Positions 16,189 to 26,100 of a stretch of 36,720 bases of DNA are shown here, piece by piece. Made by a program: the position numbers and the translations under genes. The notes beneath the pieces are model-generated. The model was not told the DNA's origin and did not search any database. It was given only the letters and a program-made list of their open reading frames with translations. Position 1 is the stretch's first letter. Each line of letters starts with the position of its first letter. This stretch comes from a virus (taxonomy: Duplodnaviria; Caudoviricetes): IMG/VR virus record IMGVR_UViG_3300027797_000064, positions 1 to 36,720 of that record; one strand, given 5' to 3'.

Positions 16189-17763
16189 ATGGCTGACCGT
16201 AAGATGCCAGACTTCGCAAACCCAGCGAATTACATTCAGCACGGCAAGAAAGACTCCCTTGCGTCATGGATGGCATTCTTTGGCATGACCGACGCGCAAT
16301 CGGGCGATTACAGCGGTCCTCGCGATTGGGCGCGAGCCGCAGCCGACGAGCCGTTCCTTAATGCCTGTATCAAATTGAAATCTATGAGCGCAGGGGCAGT
16401 TCCGCTCCGCGTGTATGTCCGACAAGAGAACAATCTTATCCCAGCAGACCTAGCCAAAGATGCCGACGCAGCCGAGTATCAGAAACTTCTAGACACCATT
16501 AACCCGTACAGCATGTCCGCATCGGATTTCCGAGGCACACTAGTTGCCAGCCTATCCGTATACGGCGAAGCCTATGTCCGCAAAGTGCGTGGCAAACTAG
16601 GTGGTCCGCCACAAGAGTTGTACCTCATTAGACCGATTGACATTACGCCAAAGATGGGCAAGACATGGATTGAATCTTACGAATACAACCCAGCGGGATC
16701 AAAGGCGCGGAATTCCGAAACGGAAATCATCCCAGCCAAGGACATCGTGGCGTTCCGCCTACCGGGAAACTTTGTAGACCCGACGCGCGGTCTATCGCCG
16801 CTCTCTGCCATCCGACGAGAAGTAGAAGTTAGCGTTATGGCATCCGAGCACACCAATGCGTTGCTCCGAAATCTTGGCGTACCAGTTGGCGCATGGGTTG
16901 CGCCAAAGGATAGCGACCTTACCGTGCAAGACCAGTCTGCAATTAAGAAGGTTCTTGCGGCTCTCTCTGGACCAAAGAACGCAGGAAAGAGCGCGGTTCT
17001 CCCCGGCGGCTTGGAGTGGCAGCAGTTGGGAATCCCAGAACAAGACGCGCAGTACCTCAACGCAAGAAAGATTAGCCGCATGGCTATTGCCTCTGCCATG
17101 GGAATCCCGTTGCAACTAGTGGGCGACGACGAGCATTCTGGCGTATACCGATCAGTTCGTGATGCCGAGCAGGTCTTCTGGCGCAGGTTGAAGAATGAAT
17201 TGGGATGGATTGCAGACATCCTAGATTCATGGCTTACCACAGACTTTGATACGACGGGTCGCCTTACCGTGCAGTTTGATGTGTCCTCCATTGAGGCGCT
17301 TCGCCCAACGCCACAGGAAGAACTGATGCTCTGGACGCAGTTGATGGATCGCAGCGTGGTCACACCTAACGAGGTGCGCGCTCACTTTGGTCTTGGTGCT
17401 CCGACATCATGGGGAGACACGCCGCTCCTTGGCGGTCAGCCAAAGGAAGGCGTGACAGGCAAGACCCCAGTGTCCGTAACAGAGATTCCTTCCGTCGGAA
17501 CGGCGGTAGAAGAGGATCATGTGGTGGACGCTCCGCCAATTATGTCGTGGTTTGACCGAGAGACAAGGCTCTATGGGCGACAGGAGATTAAGCAGTTCGT
17601 GGCTGGTGGCGCGCTAGACGCTTCGTCAATGGTAGGATTCCCCGTAACAGACGCGGAAAAAAAGACTATTGAACTAGGGATCAAGAGACGCTACAGTAGT
17701 AAGCAGATCGCTCATGGCGTTGAAGAAGATGGCTACGAAGGATTGAGGGGAGTACAGGCATGA
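16189..17763 (+). CDS. Portal protein (HK97 family) with C-terminal extension
   Basis: YGEAY, GLSPL, NAGKSAVLPGGLEWQQL, IASAMGIP, TPNEVRAHFGL. Confidence 0.93.
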   Translation: MADRKMPDFANPANYIQHGKKDSLASWMAFFGMTDAQSGDYSGPRDWARAAADEPFLNACIKLKSMSAGAVPLRVYVRQENNLIPADLAKDADAAEYQKLLDTINPYSMSASDFRGTLVASLSVYGEAYVRKVRGKLGGPPQELYLIRPIDITPKMGKTWIESYEYNPAGSKARNSETEIIPAKDIVAFRLPGNFVDPTRGLSPLSAIRREVEVSVMASEHTNALLRNLGVPVGAWVAPKDSDLTVQDQSAIKKVLAALSGPKNAGKSAVLPGGLEWQQLGIPEQDAQYLNARKISRMAIASAMGIPLQLVGDDEHSGVYRSVRDAEQVFWRRLKNELGWIADILDSWLTTDFDTTGRLTVQFDVSSIEALRPTPQEELMLWTQLMDRSVVTPNEVRAHFGLGAPTSWGDTPLLGGQPKEGVTGKTPVSVTEIPSVGTAVEEDHVVDAPPIMSWFDRETRLYGRQEIKQFVAGGALDASSMVGFPVTDAEKKTIELGIKRRYSSKQIAHGVEEDGYEGLRGVQA

Positions 17764-19952
17764 AGCACTTGAAGATTGCGGCAACCGCAGACGGCGGAAT
17801 CGTCATTGAGGGCTACGGCGTACCCTTCGGCGGACCGATCAAGGGTCGCGACCTTCACGGACAGTTCTTTAGCAAGAAGACAGACTTTGCCCTTGACCTC
17901 ATCCCCGACGGTCAGCGCCCGCTGCTCTTTCAGCACGGTCTTGATTCGTCCGTAGACACGGCGGTCATTGGTCGCTGGGGCGTTAAGCGCATTGACGACG
18001 GCGGCGTATGGGTACGCGCGCAGTTGGATGCTCGCTCCGAGTACATTAACGAGATTAAGGAACTTGTAGACAACGATGCGCTTGGTTTCTCTTCTGGAAC
18101 CATGGGTCACCTTGTCAAGGTTGCTCCAAAGACGGGCGAAATCCTTAAGTGGGCGCTGGTTGAGTTGAGCCTGACCCCAAACCCAGCCAACCCAAATGCG
18201 TACATTGTGCGCGCCAATAAGTCCGCTAAGGCACATGTGAAGTCGCTATTTGCGACAAAGCATGGCGATCATGACCAGTCCGAGCACGGAAATTGGGCTA
18301 CGGGCGGGGGCGGATCGGACAAGGGCGAGCGCGGCAAGCATGACCCAGCCTTGACTAACGACCAGTGGCGTGCCATGGAAGCCGTTTCTATTGACTCTGC
18401 AAACATTGCACGACACGCGACCGTACTTGGAACCTTTGCAAGGGAAATGTCTAAAGACATGGAGGGCGACGGAAACGACGCTTCTCGCAGGGCGTGGGAT
18501 TTGGCTGCCCAGTACGCAGATGCAGTTGGTGGCGGCTCAGTAAACCTGCGGGAGTATGTTCAGGATAATCCCCATGGGGAAACTGCGGCGCAAATTGCAG
18601 GGTCTATTGACCAAGAGGCTCAGTCTATGGAGCAAGCGCAACAGTCTATGGAGGAATTCTGGCAAGCAGCAATTGCTGCTGCCGGGGGCATCAACACTCC
18701 ATCAGAAGTTGCCATTTCGTATTCAAATCAGAGGGCATCAGTTGCAGCAGCGAGAGACAACGCTTCGCGACTGATTGGAGCAAAGACTTTAAGGGTCAAG
18801 CGTTCAGTTAAGCACGGCGACCATGACCAGTCTGAGCATGGAAATTGGGCTTCTGGTGGCGGCGAGGGCAGGGCGGCGTTTGGCGACGAGAAGGAGAAGT
18901 CTAAGCCGGGATTCTACGGTTCAGACCATTGGGATAAGCCCGGCATGCCAAAGACTGTTGTTGTATCGGAAATGAGCCGCGACAAGAACGGACGAGCCAT
19001 TCTTCCAATGCCAGAAAAGTATGCTGATGCTGGAGCAGGGCGAGGAAGCGGCAGAAGCGCATGGACTGCTGTCACAACGGCAGATTCAAATGGCTGGCTG
19101 GACGAAAATGACGATGTGACGAAACTAACATCGGGTCTGGACATTCCGTACATTCCAGCAGAGAGCATTACAAGCCCAGAGGCTTGGACATTTGCCCTTG
19201 GGTTTGCAAACGGCACATTGGATTTGGCTCCAAGTGATGACAACCAAGGTAATGTCATTCAGGGGATGAGTAGAAGCAGCGACAAGGAAGACTTTATTAC
19301 CTTGTCTGACAGGCTGACCGATGTCAACGCGCACTCCGCAGCGGCAACATTTGATTCCCTCATTGCCACTTGGGATGAATTTGGACCGGGGGCAAGCAAG
19401 AAGAACCTTAAGGTCAAGCGTTCCCTCAAGCACGGTGATCACGACCAGTCCGAGCATGGGAACTGGGCAACTGGCGGCGGCTCCGACAAGGAAGATAAGG
19501 GAGCGCGCGACACTAACCGAGTTGAAGCGAATCGCCGCTCTAGTGGCGCTTGGCAGGAAAAGTTTGGAAAAGTGGGCGAGTACCGCGCTACGGGCGAGAC
19601 CATTGAGTTGGCAAAGACGCTAGTTTCTGAGGCTTCCGACTCTAGGTCAGCAAACGAACGGGTTGTCGCAGCCCTCCACATGGCTTCCCAGTGGAACTCC
19701 AAAGGACCTGTCACTATGCCAAATGGTCAAATTCCTTTGAGTGGCAGGTCGGTAGAAGAGGAACTTGCTCGCCGCGTTGAATTTAGTCCTTCAGAACCAG
19801 ACAAGCAGTTTCACCTTAACCTCTTGGCAGACTTAAGGGGAGAAACGCCAGAAGAGATTCAGGCGGAGATTGACATGGACAAATTTAACGACTGGATGTC
19901 TGGCTACGAAGTTCCGGGTTACCCAAAGACCTTCCGCGCAAAGCAAACATAA
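17760..19952 (+). CDS. HK97-type prohead protease (~155 aa) fused to three tagged cargo modules
   Basis: IEGYGVPF, LLFQHG (His), GFSSG (Ser), ELSLTPNPANP (Glu). KHGDHDQSEHGNWA starts at 18258, 18810 and 19428. Confidence 0.9.
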   Translation: MKHLKIAATADGGIVIEGYGVPFGGPIKGRDLHGQFFSKKTDFALDLIPDGQRPLLFQHGLDSSVDTAVIGRWGVKRIDDGGVWVRAQLDARSEYINEIKELVDNDALGFSSGTMGHLVKVAPKTGEILKWALVELSLTPNPANPNAYIVRANKSAKAHVKSLFATKHGDHDQSEHGNWATGGGGSDKGERGKHDPALTNDQWRAMEAVSIDSANIARHATVLGTFAREMSKDMEGDGNDASRRAWDLAAQYADAVGGGSVNLREYVQDNPHGETAAQIAGSIDQEAQSMEQAQQSMEEFWQAAIAAAGGINTPSEVAISYSNQRASVAAARDNASRLIGAKTLRVKRSVKHGDHDQSEHGNWASGGGEGRAAFGDEKEKSKPGFYGSDHWDKPGMPKTVVVSEMSRDKNGRAILPMPEKYADAGAGRGSGRSAWTAVTTADSNGWLDENDDVTKLTSGLDIPYIPAESITSPEAWTFALGFANGTLDLAPSDDNQGNVIQGMSRSSDKEDFITLSDRLTDVNAHSAAATFDSLIATWDEFGPGASKKNLKVKRSLKHGDHDQSEHGNWATGGGSDKEDKGARDTNRVEANRRSSGAWQEKFGKVGEYRATGETIELAKTLVSEASDSRSANERVVAALHMASQWNSKGPVTMPNGQIPLSGRSVEEELARRVEFSPSEPDKQFHLNLLADLRGETPEEIQAEIDMDKFNDWMSGYEVPGYPKTFRAKQT

Positions 19953-19956
19953 CTTC

Positions 19957-20113
19957 TGTTACACTCCTCTAGCCAGTTGCCTATGTGGGCGACTGGCGCT
20001 TAGACGGAGAGACCGAAGACGCGAACGCTGACGCTGACGCTCCATCGGACAACCTGACGAAAGCATCGTTTAGGCAATGAACCTTCGGGTTCACAACTGA
20101 TAGGAGAATAATC
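19957..20113 (+). promoter_or_regulatory. Extended -10 promoter (TG-T-TACACT) and structured leader of the capsid gene
   Basis: Hairpins at 19972-19997, 20053-20074 and 20078-20093 (TGAACC-TTCG-GGTTCA); AGGAG SD before GTG 20114. Confidence 0.55.
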
Positions 20114-21448
20114 GTGGCAGACAACGATTTCCTGTCGGAGAATGAGGTTGAGTCTCTCGTCGCTAAGGCTGTTACTAAGGCTGTAAAGAGCCTTAATACG
20201 GTTGACGAGGATGCCCGACCAACGGCTCCGACCAAGGCTGCGGGATTTAACCGTGGTACTTATGGTCTTCCAAACCTCGGCGTAGCAGTCAAGTCCGCGT
20301 TCCGTGGGCAGACTGTTAACGGCGGTGAGTTTGAGCGAGACTTCTCACAGGCAGCAGCCGAACTCTTCGGCTACAAGGGCGCGGCTGGCGATGACTCGCT
20401 GACTTCGCGTTCTATCGTTTGGGCTAAGACCCCAGAAGAGGCTCGCGCTGTTCTTCACGCCATGGGCGAGGGGAAGCACGCGGCACGAGTTGATTCAGCC
20501 ATTAAGGCTGCATCTGAGGGTACGACCACCGCTGGTGGATACCTCGTTCCCCCTCTCTACGCGCAGGATGCGTTCCAGTACGCTTTGGTTCCGAACATTG
20601 TGTTCCGCAACCTTCCCGGACTGACAACGATGCCTGTACGGACGAACCTTGTTTACCTCCCGCGCGAAGACGCTCGTGCAGGTGCAGCAACCGCTGCCGA
20701 AGCAGGATCGCTCACCGCTCAGGATGTAACTTTCGCGCAGCAGTCAATCACCATCAAGAAGGCGTATGGCTATCGCGTATTCAGCAATGAATTGCTTGCC
20801 GACGCTGATCCTTCGTGGAACGAGTTCATTACGAAGACGCTTCTTCGCGATGTGGCTCTCTTTGCGGATCAGCAGCATCTTGAGGGTACGGGTTCAAGCA
20901 ACGAGATCACTGGTCTCGCGTCAATCAGCGGCACGACTTCTGGTCCTTCAACGGGAACCAACGGTCGCGCACTGACCTTTGATGACCTGTACAACGCGGT
21001 CTATAACCTGCGGCTTGCAAATGTGGAGCCACAGAGCGGCACGGGCGCATGGATCATGCACCCACGCACTCTCAACTCGCTGATGCAGTTGAAGGACAAC
21101 AGCAATCAGTACCTCCTCACGGCGGCTCAGGGCTACAACGCCCCGATGACGCTTGGCGGCGGGTTTGCTGCAAGCAACGGACCAAAGGCTTCGCTCCTTG
21201 GTATTCCGGTGTATGTGTCCACGCAAATCGCAATCAACCGCACGACGGGTTCAAGCACTGACACCACAAATGTCTACCTGCTTGACTCCAGCAAGGTGGT
21301 TCTTCTTGAGCGTCAGGGCATTGAACTCGCGTTCTCGGATCAGGTAGGTTTCGCGACCGACCAGTCCGCGTACCGGGCAATTGCTCGCCACGGCATCGCT
21401 GCCGTGCAGCCAACGGCTGTAGAGAAGATCACGGGTGTCCGCGCCTAA
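20114..21448 (+). CDS. Major capsid protein, HK97 fold, with N-terminal scaffold (delta) region
   Basis: AGGYLVP, LEGTGSSNEITGL, WIMHPRTLNSLMQLKDNSNQYL, LLGIPVYVS, FATDQSAYRAIARHG. Confidence 0.95.
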   Translation: MADNDFLSENEVESLVAKAVTKAVKSLNTVDEDARPTAPTKAAGFNRGTYGLPNLGVAVKSAFRGQTVNGGEFERDFSQAAAELFGYKGAAGDDSLTSRSIVWAKTPEEARAVLHAMGEGKHAARVDSAIKAASEGTTTAGGYLVPPLYAQDAFQYALVPNIVFRNLPGLTTMPVRTNLVYLPREDARAGAATAAEAGSLTAQDVTFAQQSITIKKAYGYRVFSNELLADADPSWNEFITKTLLRDVALFADQQHLEGTGSSNEITGLASISGTTSGPSTGTNGRALTFDDLYNAVYNLRLANVEPQSGTGAWIMHPRTLNSLMQLKDNSNQYLLTAAQGYNAPMTLGGGFAASNGPKASLLGIPVYVSTQIAINRTTGSSTDTTNVYLLDSSKVVLLERQGIELAFSDQVGFATDQSAYRAIARHGIAAVQPTAVEKITGVRA

Positions 21449-21471
21449 TTAGGTTCGGTTCTACCGTGAGA

Positions 21472-21505
21472 CAAGACCCTTGGGAGTTCGCTCCCAAGGG
21501 TCTTG
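21472..21505 (+). terminator. Perfect 15-bp hairpin after the capsid gene (probable terminator or stabiliser)
   Basis: CAAGACCCTTGGGAG-TTCG-CTCCCAAGGGTCTTG; no strong U-tract. Confidence 0.7.
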
Positions 21506-21520
21506 CTCTATACTGACCCC

Positions 21521-22165
21521 ATGCCAACTGCAATCGGTTCCTATGTCACCCTCGCCGTCGCTAAGGCGCGCCTTGGCATTCCCAGCGCAGATACCACTGA
21601 CGACACGCTACTTACAAGCCTGTGCGATCAGGTCAATGCCTACATTGAGTCCTACACGGGTACGGTTCTGGCTCCCATTGCTGGCACGCTCACCAAATAC
21701 TTTGACGGAGACGAGCGAGTAAACGACCGCGTGTTACTAATCCCAAAGGGAGTCCGCACAATTACCCTGCTGGAGAATTCTGCATACACGGGCGGTCCGT
21801 ACCAGACTATCCCCTCCTCTGACTATTTCTTGCGCCCCTCTAACGCCGACCTCAACCCCGGCTTTCCTTACACCGAGTTGGTTATGACCAATGTGCCAAG
21901 TTCGGGCAACCCGCTCCCAACCTTTAACCCGGGTTTGGACAACATCCGCATCACCGGCACTTGGGGCTGGGCTGCAATCCCGGATGAAATTAAAGAGGTT
22001 GCAGAGGTGATGCTCGTGCGCGCGTGGGCGGGGCGACAGGCTGGGCAGACAGATCAAATCGGGGTCAGCGAAGGGGGAATGCCGATTATCAGTCGCACAG
22101 TCTCCCTTCGCGACCGCGAAACCCTAAATAGGTTTAGACTAAAGCGACCCGACAGGATCGGCTAA
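21521..22165 (+). CDS. Head-tail adaptor/connector (gp6/gp15-like)
   Basis: YVTLAVAKARLGI...DDTLL...IESYTG and WGWAAIPDEIKE; follows the capsid gene. Confidence 0.85.
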   Translation: MPTAIGSYVTLAVAKARLGIPSADTTDDTLLTSLCDQVNAYIESYTGTVLAPIAGTLTKYFDGDERVNDRVLLIPKGVRTITLLENSAYTGGPYQTIPSSDYFLRPSNADLNPGFPYTELVMTNVPSSGNPLPTFNPGLDNIRITGTWGWAAIPDEIKEVAEVMLVRAWAGRQAGQTDQIGVSEGGMPIISRTVSLRDRETLNRFRLKRPDRIG

Positions 22166-22185
22166 AGAAAGTAGGAGGAGTTGAA

Positions 22186-22380
22186 ATGGCAACCAAGAAG
22201 CCAATGTCATGGAACCCAGACGAGGTAATCAAGCGACCAGTTGACCCAGAGATTGCCAAGGAGCGGGCGAAGATGGGAATGGGCGACGAGGAGCCTTCGC
22301 TTCCGCTTACCGAGGAGCAGAAGCGCGCACGCGCAGAACGCTTTGTCTGGAAGCCGGGAGACCTCCGCCGAGTCCGCTAA
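22186..22380 (+). CDS. 64-aa charged protein leading the cargo cassette
   Basis: AGGAGGAG SD; TAATG-coupled to the next gene; C-terminal ERFVWKPGDL. Confidence 0.75.
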   Translation: MATKKPMSWNPDEVIKRPVDPEIAKERAKMGMGDEEPSLPLTEEQKRARAERFVWKPGDLRRVR

Positions 22381-23147
22381 TGCCCCGCCTCTTCGCGGTA
22401 GTGCGCGCGCGCAAGCACGCCGATCACAACCAAGAAGATCACGGCAATTGGGCGACGGGTAGGTTTGCACAAGGAACACCGCGAGGCTCAAACGGCTTCA
22501 ATGTAATTTCCGCCATACGAAATCAGTTGCCAACAGATCAGTACAAAACAAAAGTGTACGCAGCGGCAAACAGATTGTTTCCTACAGAAAAAGCGGGAAA
22601 TACTGCGCCAGTAGGTCCTCAGAGAAAGGACTTTGCCACTTACGAGGAGTACAAGAAGGCGTTCAAGGAGTATGACAAGGCGTTTGACAAATACGCCCAG
22701 ACCGCAATGGAGTATTTGGCTTCAGACACGGGCAGAGAGTTGCTAGACGGCTCCCTAAAAGGCGTAAAAGCCTATGTTCAGACCGTTTGCACCTCCGACT
22801 GGTTTAGGGAAGCCTTTGGTGACGGCAGAGCAATGGGCGGCATCCCGCCAGTCAAAGTAACGACTGCTGGAGACGAATCTGGTTCATTTCGCATGAAATC
22901 TACGCCCGATGGCTTTATGGCGGAAACAAGTTTGCGATTTAACAACGCAGCGTTTACAAGAGAGCCAACACTACTTCACGAAATTGCCCACTTTGCAACT
23001 GCCATTAGCGCAACGGATAAATACGAGCCTCATGGGGTAGAGTTTGCAAAGAACCTTGTATTCATTGCTGAACAAGTTGCTGGTTCTGAGTTCGCAGAAC
23101 TTATGCGTACTTCGCTCATAGAGGAGGGCGTTCCAATTGACAACTGA
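22380..23147 (+). CDS. Tagged zincin-like metallopeptidase (HExxH)
   Basis: N-terminal KHADHNQEDHGNWA; C-terminal LLHEIAHF...HGVEF, resembling SprT-like/minigluzincin motifs. Confidence 0.8.
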   Translation: MPRLFAVVRARKHADHNQEDHGNWATGRFAQGTPRGSNGFNVISAIRNQLPTDQYKTKVYAAANRLFPTEKAGNTAPVGPQRKDFATYEEYKKAFKEYDKAFDKYAQTAMEYLASDTGRELLDGSLKGVKAYVQTVCTSDWFREAFGDGRAMGGIPPVKVTTAGDESGSFRMKSTPDGFMAETSLRFNNAAFTREPTLLHEIAHFATAISATDKYEPHGVEFAKNLVFIAEQVAGSEFAELMRTSLIEEGVPIDN

Positions 23148-26100
23148 CAATCAGGAAATGTTTGAGTGCGTCATCCCCCTGCCTGACGCGCTTATCCGAA
23201 AGCCGATGGGCGAGCCATCTAAGTCCGTAAAGCACGGCGACCACGACCAGTCCGACCATGGCAACTGGGCGGACGGTAGCGGGGATGGAAGCAAAGACAA
23301 CCCTATCCGCACAAACAGCGTAGAGGACGCTGCGCGCGCGCTAGGGGAAGGCAAGCATGTGGAGTTGAGAACCCCAGATCAGGTGGCAACTTTGCTAGAT
23401 CGCCTCAATGAGTTGGCAAAGGAGGCAGAGGCTGCTGGCTCAAAGGCAAAGAACATTGACCTCTGCCAGTTGACCGTTCCCGGAACAAACTTGTTCTGCG
23501 TTGAGTCCAAGGGCATCCCTAGAGTGGAGATGCCGCAGTTAAAAGGCATCCCAAACAGCGGTAGCCCCGCTTCCGACCTACCAGCAGACAAGCGCGGAGA
23601 GGTTGACATTACCGAGGCGTATCTGGAGCGGCTCCGATCATCTGGCGTTGCCCTTACCGAGGATGAGGCGCTTGCCAGCCACCTCAAGGCGACGCAGAAT
23701 GAGTTGAACGGCGGCAAAGTTGCAGGAATTATGCAAGCCGCTCGCGCGGGAGAAATTGACCTAAACCAGTCAATTGTTGTGTCTAAGGACGGGTACATCG
23801 TAGACGGGCATCACCGCTGGGCAGCAAAGGTTGCTCTTGAGCACGACGGCATTGACGACCCAGAGACCGACATGAAAATTCCTGTGGTCCGCGTAGACCA
23901 AGACATCCTTGAAATCCTTGAATCATCCAAGCAGTTCGCTGCCGACATGGGATTGCCACAAATGGCGGTTAAGTCTCTAAAGCATGGAGACCATGATCAG
24001 TCCGATCATGGCTCTTGGGCGCACGGCGGAGGGTTTGACAAGATCACGGCTGCCGAACGCAAGGACTTCAATAAGACAGTCGCCGCTGCCTTAAATGACC
24101 TGATTGAGAAGAACGACAAGGCGGAAGAGGGAAACAAGGTTGTAAATTGGGCAGTTGCCGACAGGCACGGGTGGTCCAACGAAGATGTTGCCGTTCTCCG
24201 TATGTACACAGGTCAGGGTGCAAACGACATCAACGAGTCGCTACGCGGAGACTATCCAAAGCAAGGCATTCACACTATTTACGAACAGGCGGCAATGACT
24301 GAGACGCTGGACCGCATGCTGGCATCAGGGGGAAAGTTGCCGCAAGACATGATGGTTTACCGAGGCATGTCGTTTGAGGACGAGAAGGCGGCAGGGGATG
24401 TCTTGGGTCAATGGAAGCCCGGTCAAGTGTGGACTGACCCGGGCTTTGGATCAACAAGCGTGCATAGAAACACCGCTCAGGCGTTTGCCAACGGGTTCTT
24501 GGCTGGCGGCGGAGAGACACAAGTCCTGTGGGAGATTAGCGCGCCAAAGGGGAACTCAGGTTTCCCAATGTGGAATTTGTTTACCCACCCAGCGGAACAG
24601 GAAGGTGAAATTCTCTTTCCGCGAGACGCTCATTATCGGATTGACTCTGTTGAGTCCAAATCTGGAAACCCAGACGGATTTGCCAAACAGATTGTAACAA
24701 TCAAGGCAACCATGCTTGCGGATAACTCTGTTAAGTCCATGAAGCACGGTGACCATGACCAGTCCGATCATGGGAATTGGGCTACGGGGGGCGCTGATCA
24801 TCAGTACACGGGTAAGCCGCGCTCTGCTGCCTCGCGCGCGCGTATGGGCGAGCATACGGACCGCTATGGAGACCCAGAGCGCAGGGAGTCAGGGCGGCGT
24901 TCAGGCAGCAGAAACCTTGGTCGCGAAGTGACATACATGGAAATTGTTGCGCTGGAGTCCTACAAAGGCGGAGGGTACGGGGAAATAAACCGTTTCTTGC
25001 GAGGAACACAAGAAGGAGACGATTGGACTAAAGACCGAATTGACGCGGTTAAGTCATTGGCGCTCCCGACTACTGAACCAATGACGGTAACGCGCATGAT
25101 GCCTTTGTTTGCCGTTGAGGGGATTGCTGCTGGGCAGATTTACGAAGACAAAGGCTTTATGTCAACGGGAAAGGGGGATCGCCCTGCACAGTTCTTTCAT
25201 GGATACCCAGTGCAAATGCAAATTGAAGTACCTGCTGGAACTCCCGTTGTTGACTTTGACAACTTTACGGGGCTAGATGGCTGGGGCAACATTGAGCGCG
25301 AAGTAACGCTAATGCCTAACTCTCAGTTAATCATTGACCGAGTTGAGCAAAGAAATTGGAACAGAGACTTTGGACCAACGGAGACAGACGGCTTAAAAAT
25401 CTACGCACGACTTGTTCCTCCAACCAAATCCGTAAAACACGCCGATCATGACCAGTCTGATCATGGCAGTTGGGCAGACGGATCAGTTCCTATTGCAAAG
25501 ACCCCCATTGAGCAAGTGGACTCGCTTCGGCAGTGGTCTTCTAACTCCTACAACATGGTCAATGGAGCCTTGCGTAACCCAGACACGCTTGGCGCTCAAG
25601 AGCGCGGCGGAGTTCGCGAGATGTACCAGAAGACGCAGGACGGGCTAGATCGTTTATTTGCTGGGGTTCCCAAGACTACCGAAGAGATGACGGTGTATCG
25701 CGGCGCAACTGGCGACTGGGTAAAGGATTTAGTTGACCGATACGAAGCCATGATTGAAAAAGGGCGTGTGGGGTACAGGGAGACTGGGGAAGTGCCGCAG
25801 TTTAGCCGACACCGCTTCACCGACCAAGGGTTTACCTCAACTACGCCAGACAGAGACATTGCGCTTCGTTTCTCTGGTACTGGCTTAAGCGGTGGTGGGT
25901 ACTACACGGGGGAAGGCAGGGCAATCTTTGAGATCAACATTCCAGAGGGAAGCAGCGTTGTAAATGTTGAGGAGTTTGCCAACGAGTTTGGTGGGTTTGC
26001 CACATTTGCAGCAGAGGAGAAGGAGTACCTTCTCCCGCGCGGAAGCACCTTTGAAGTAGCCGATGTGACCCCAAGTGAGGAGCAGTTCGGCAGTCAAGGA

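Noticed and set aside
15959-16189. 76-aa ORF with CRC...CWKC between terL and portal
   Set aside because: Over half overlaps terL and it lacks a convincing start. A small Zn-finger gene is possible but not supportable.
19953-20113. tRNA or known riboswitch in the intergenic gaps
   Set aside because: No cloverleaf, T-loop or aptamer consensus was recognisable by eye; kept only as a generic structured leader.
23221-23970. ParB domain as evidence of a plasmid-prophage partition system
   Set aside because: No ParA, no HTH and no parS-like array; the domain is embedded in an effector polyprotein.
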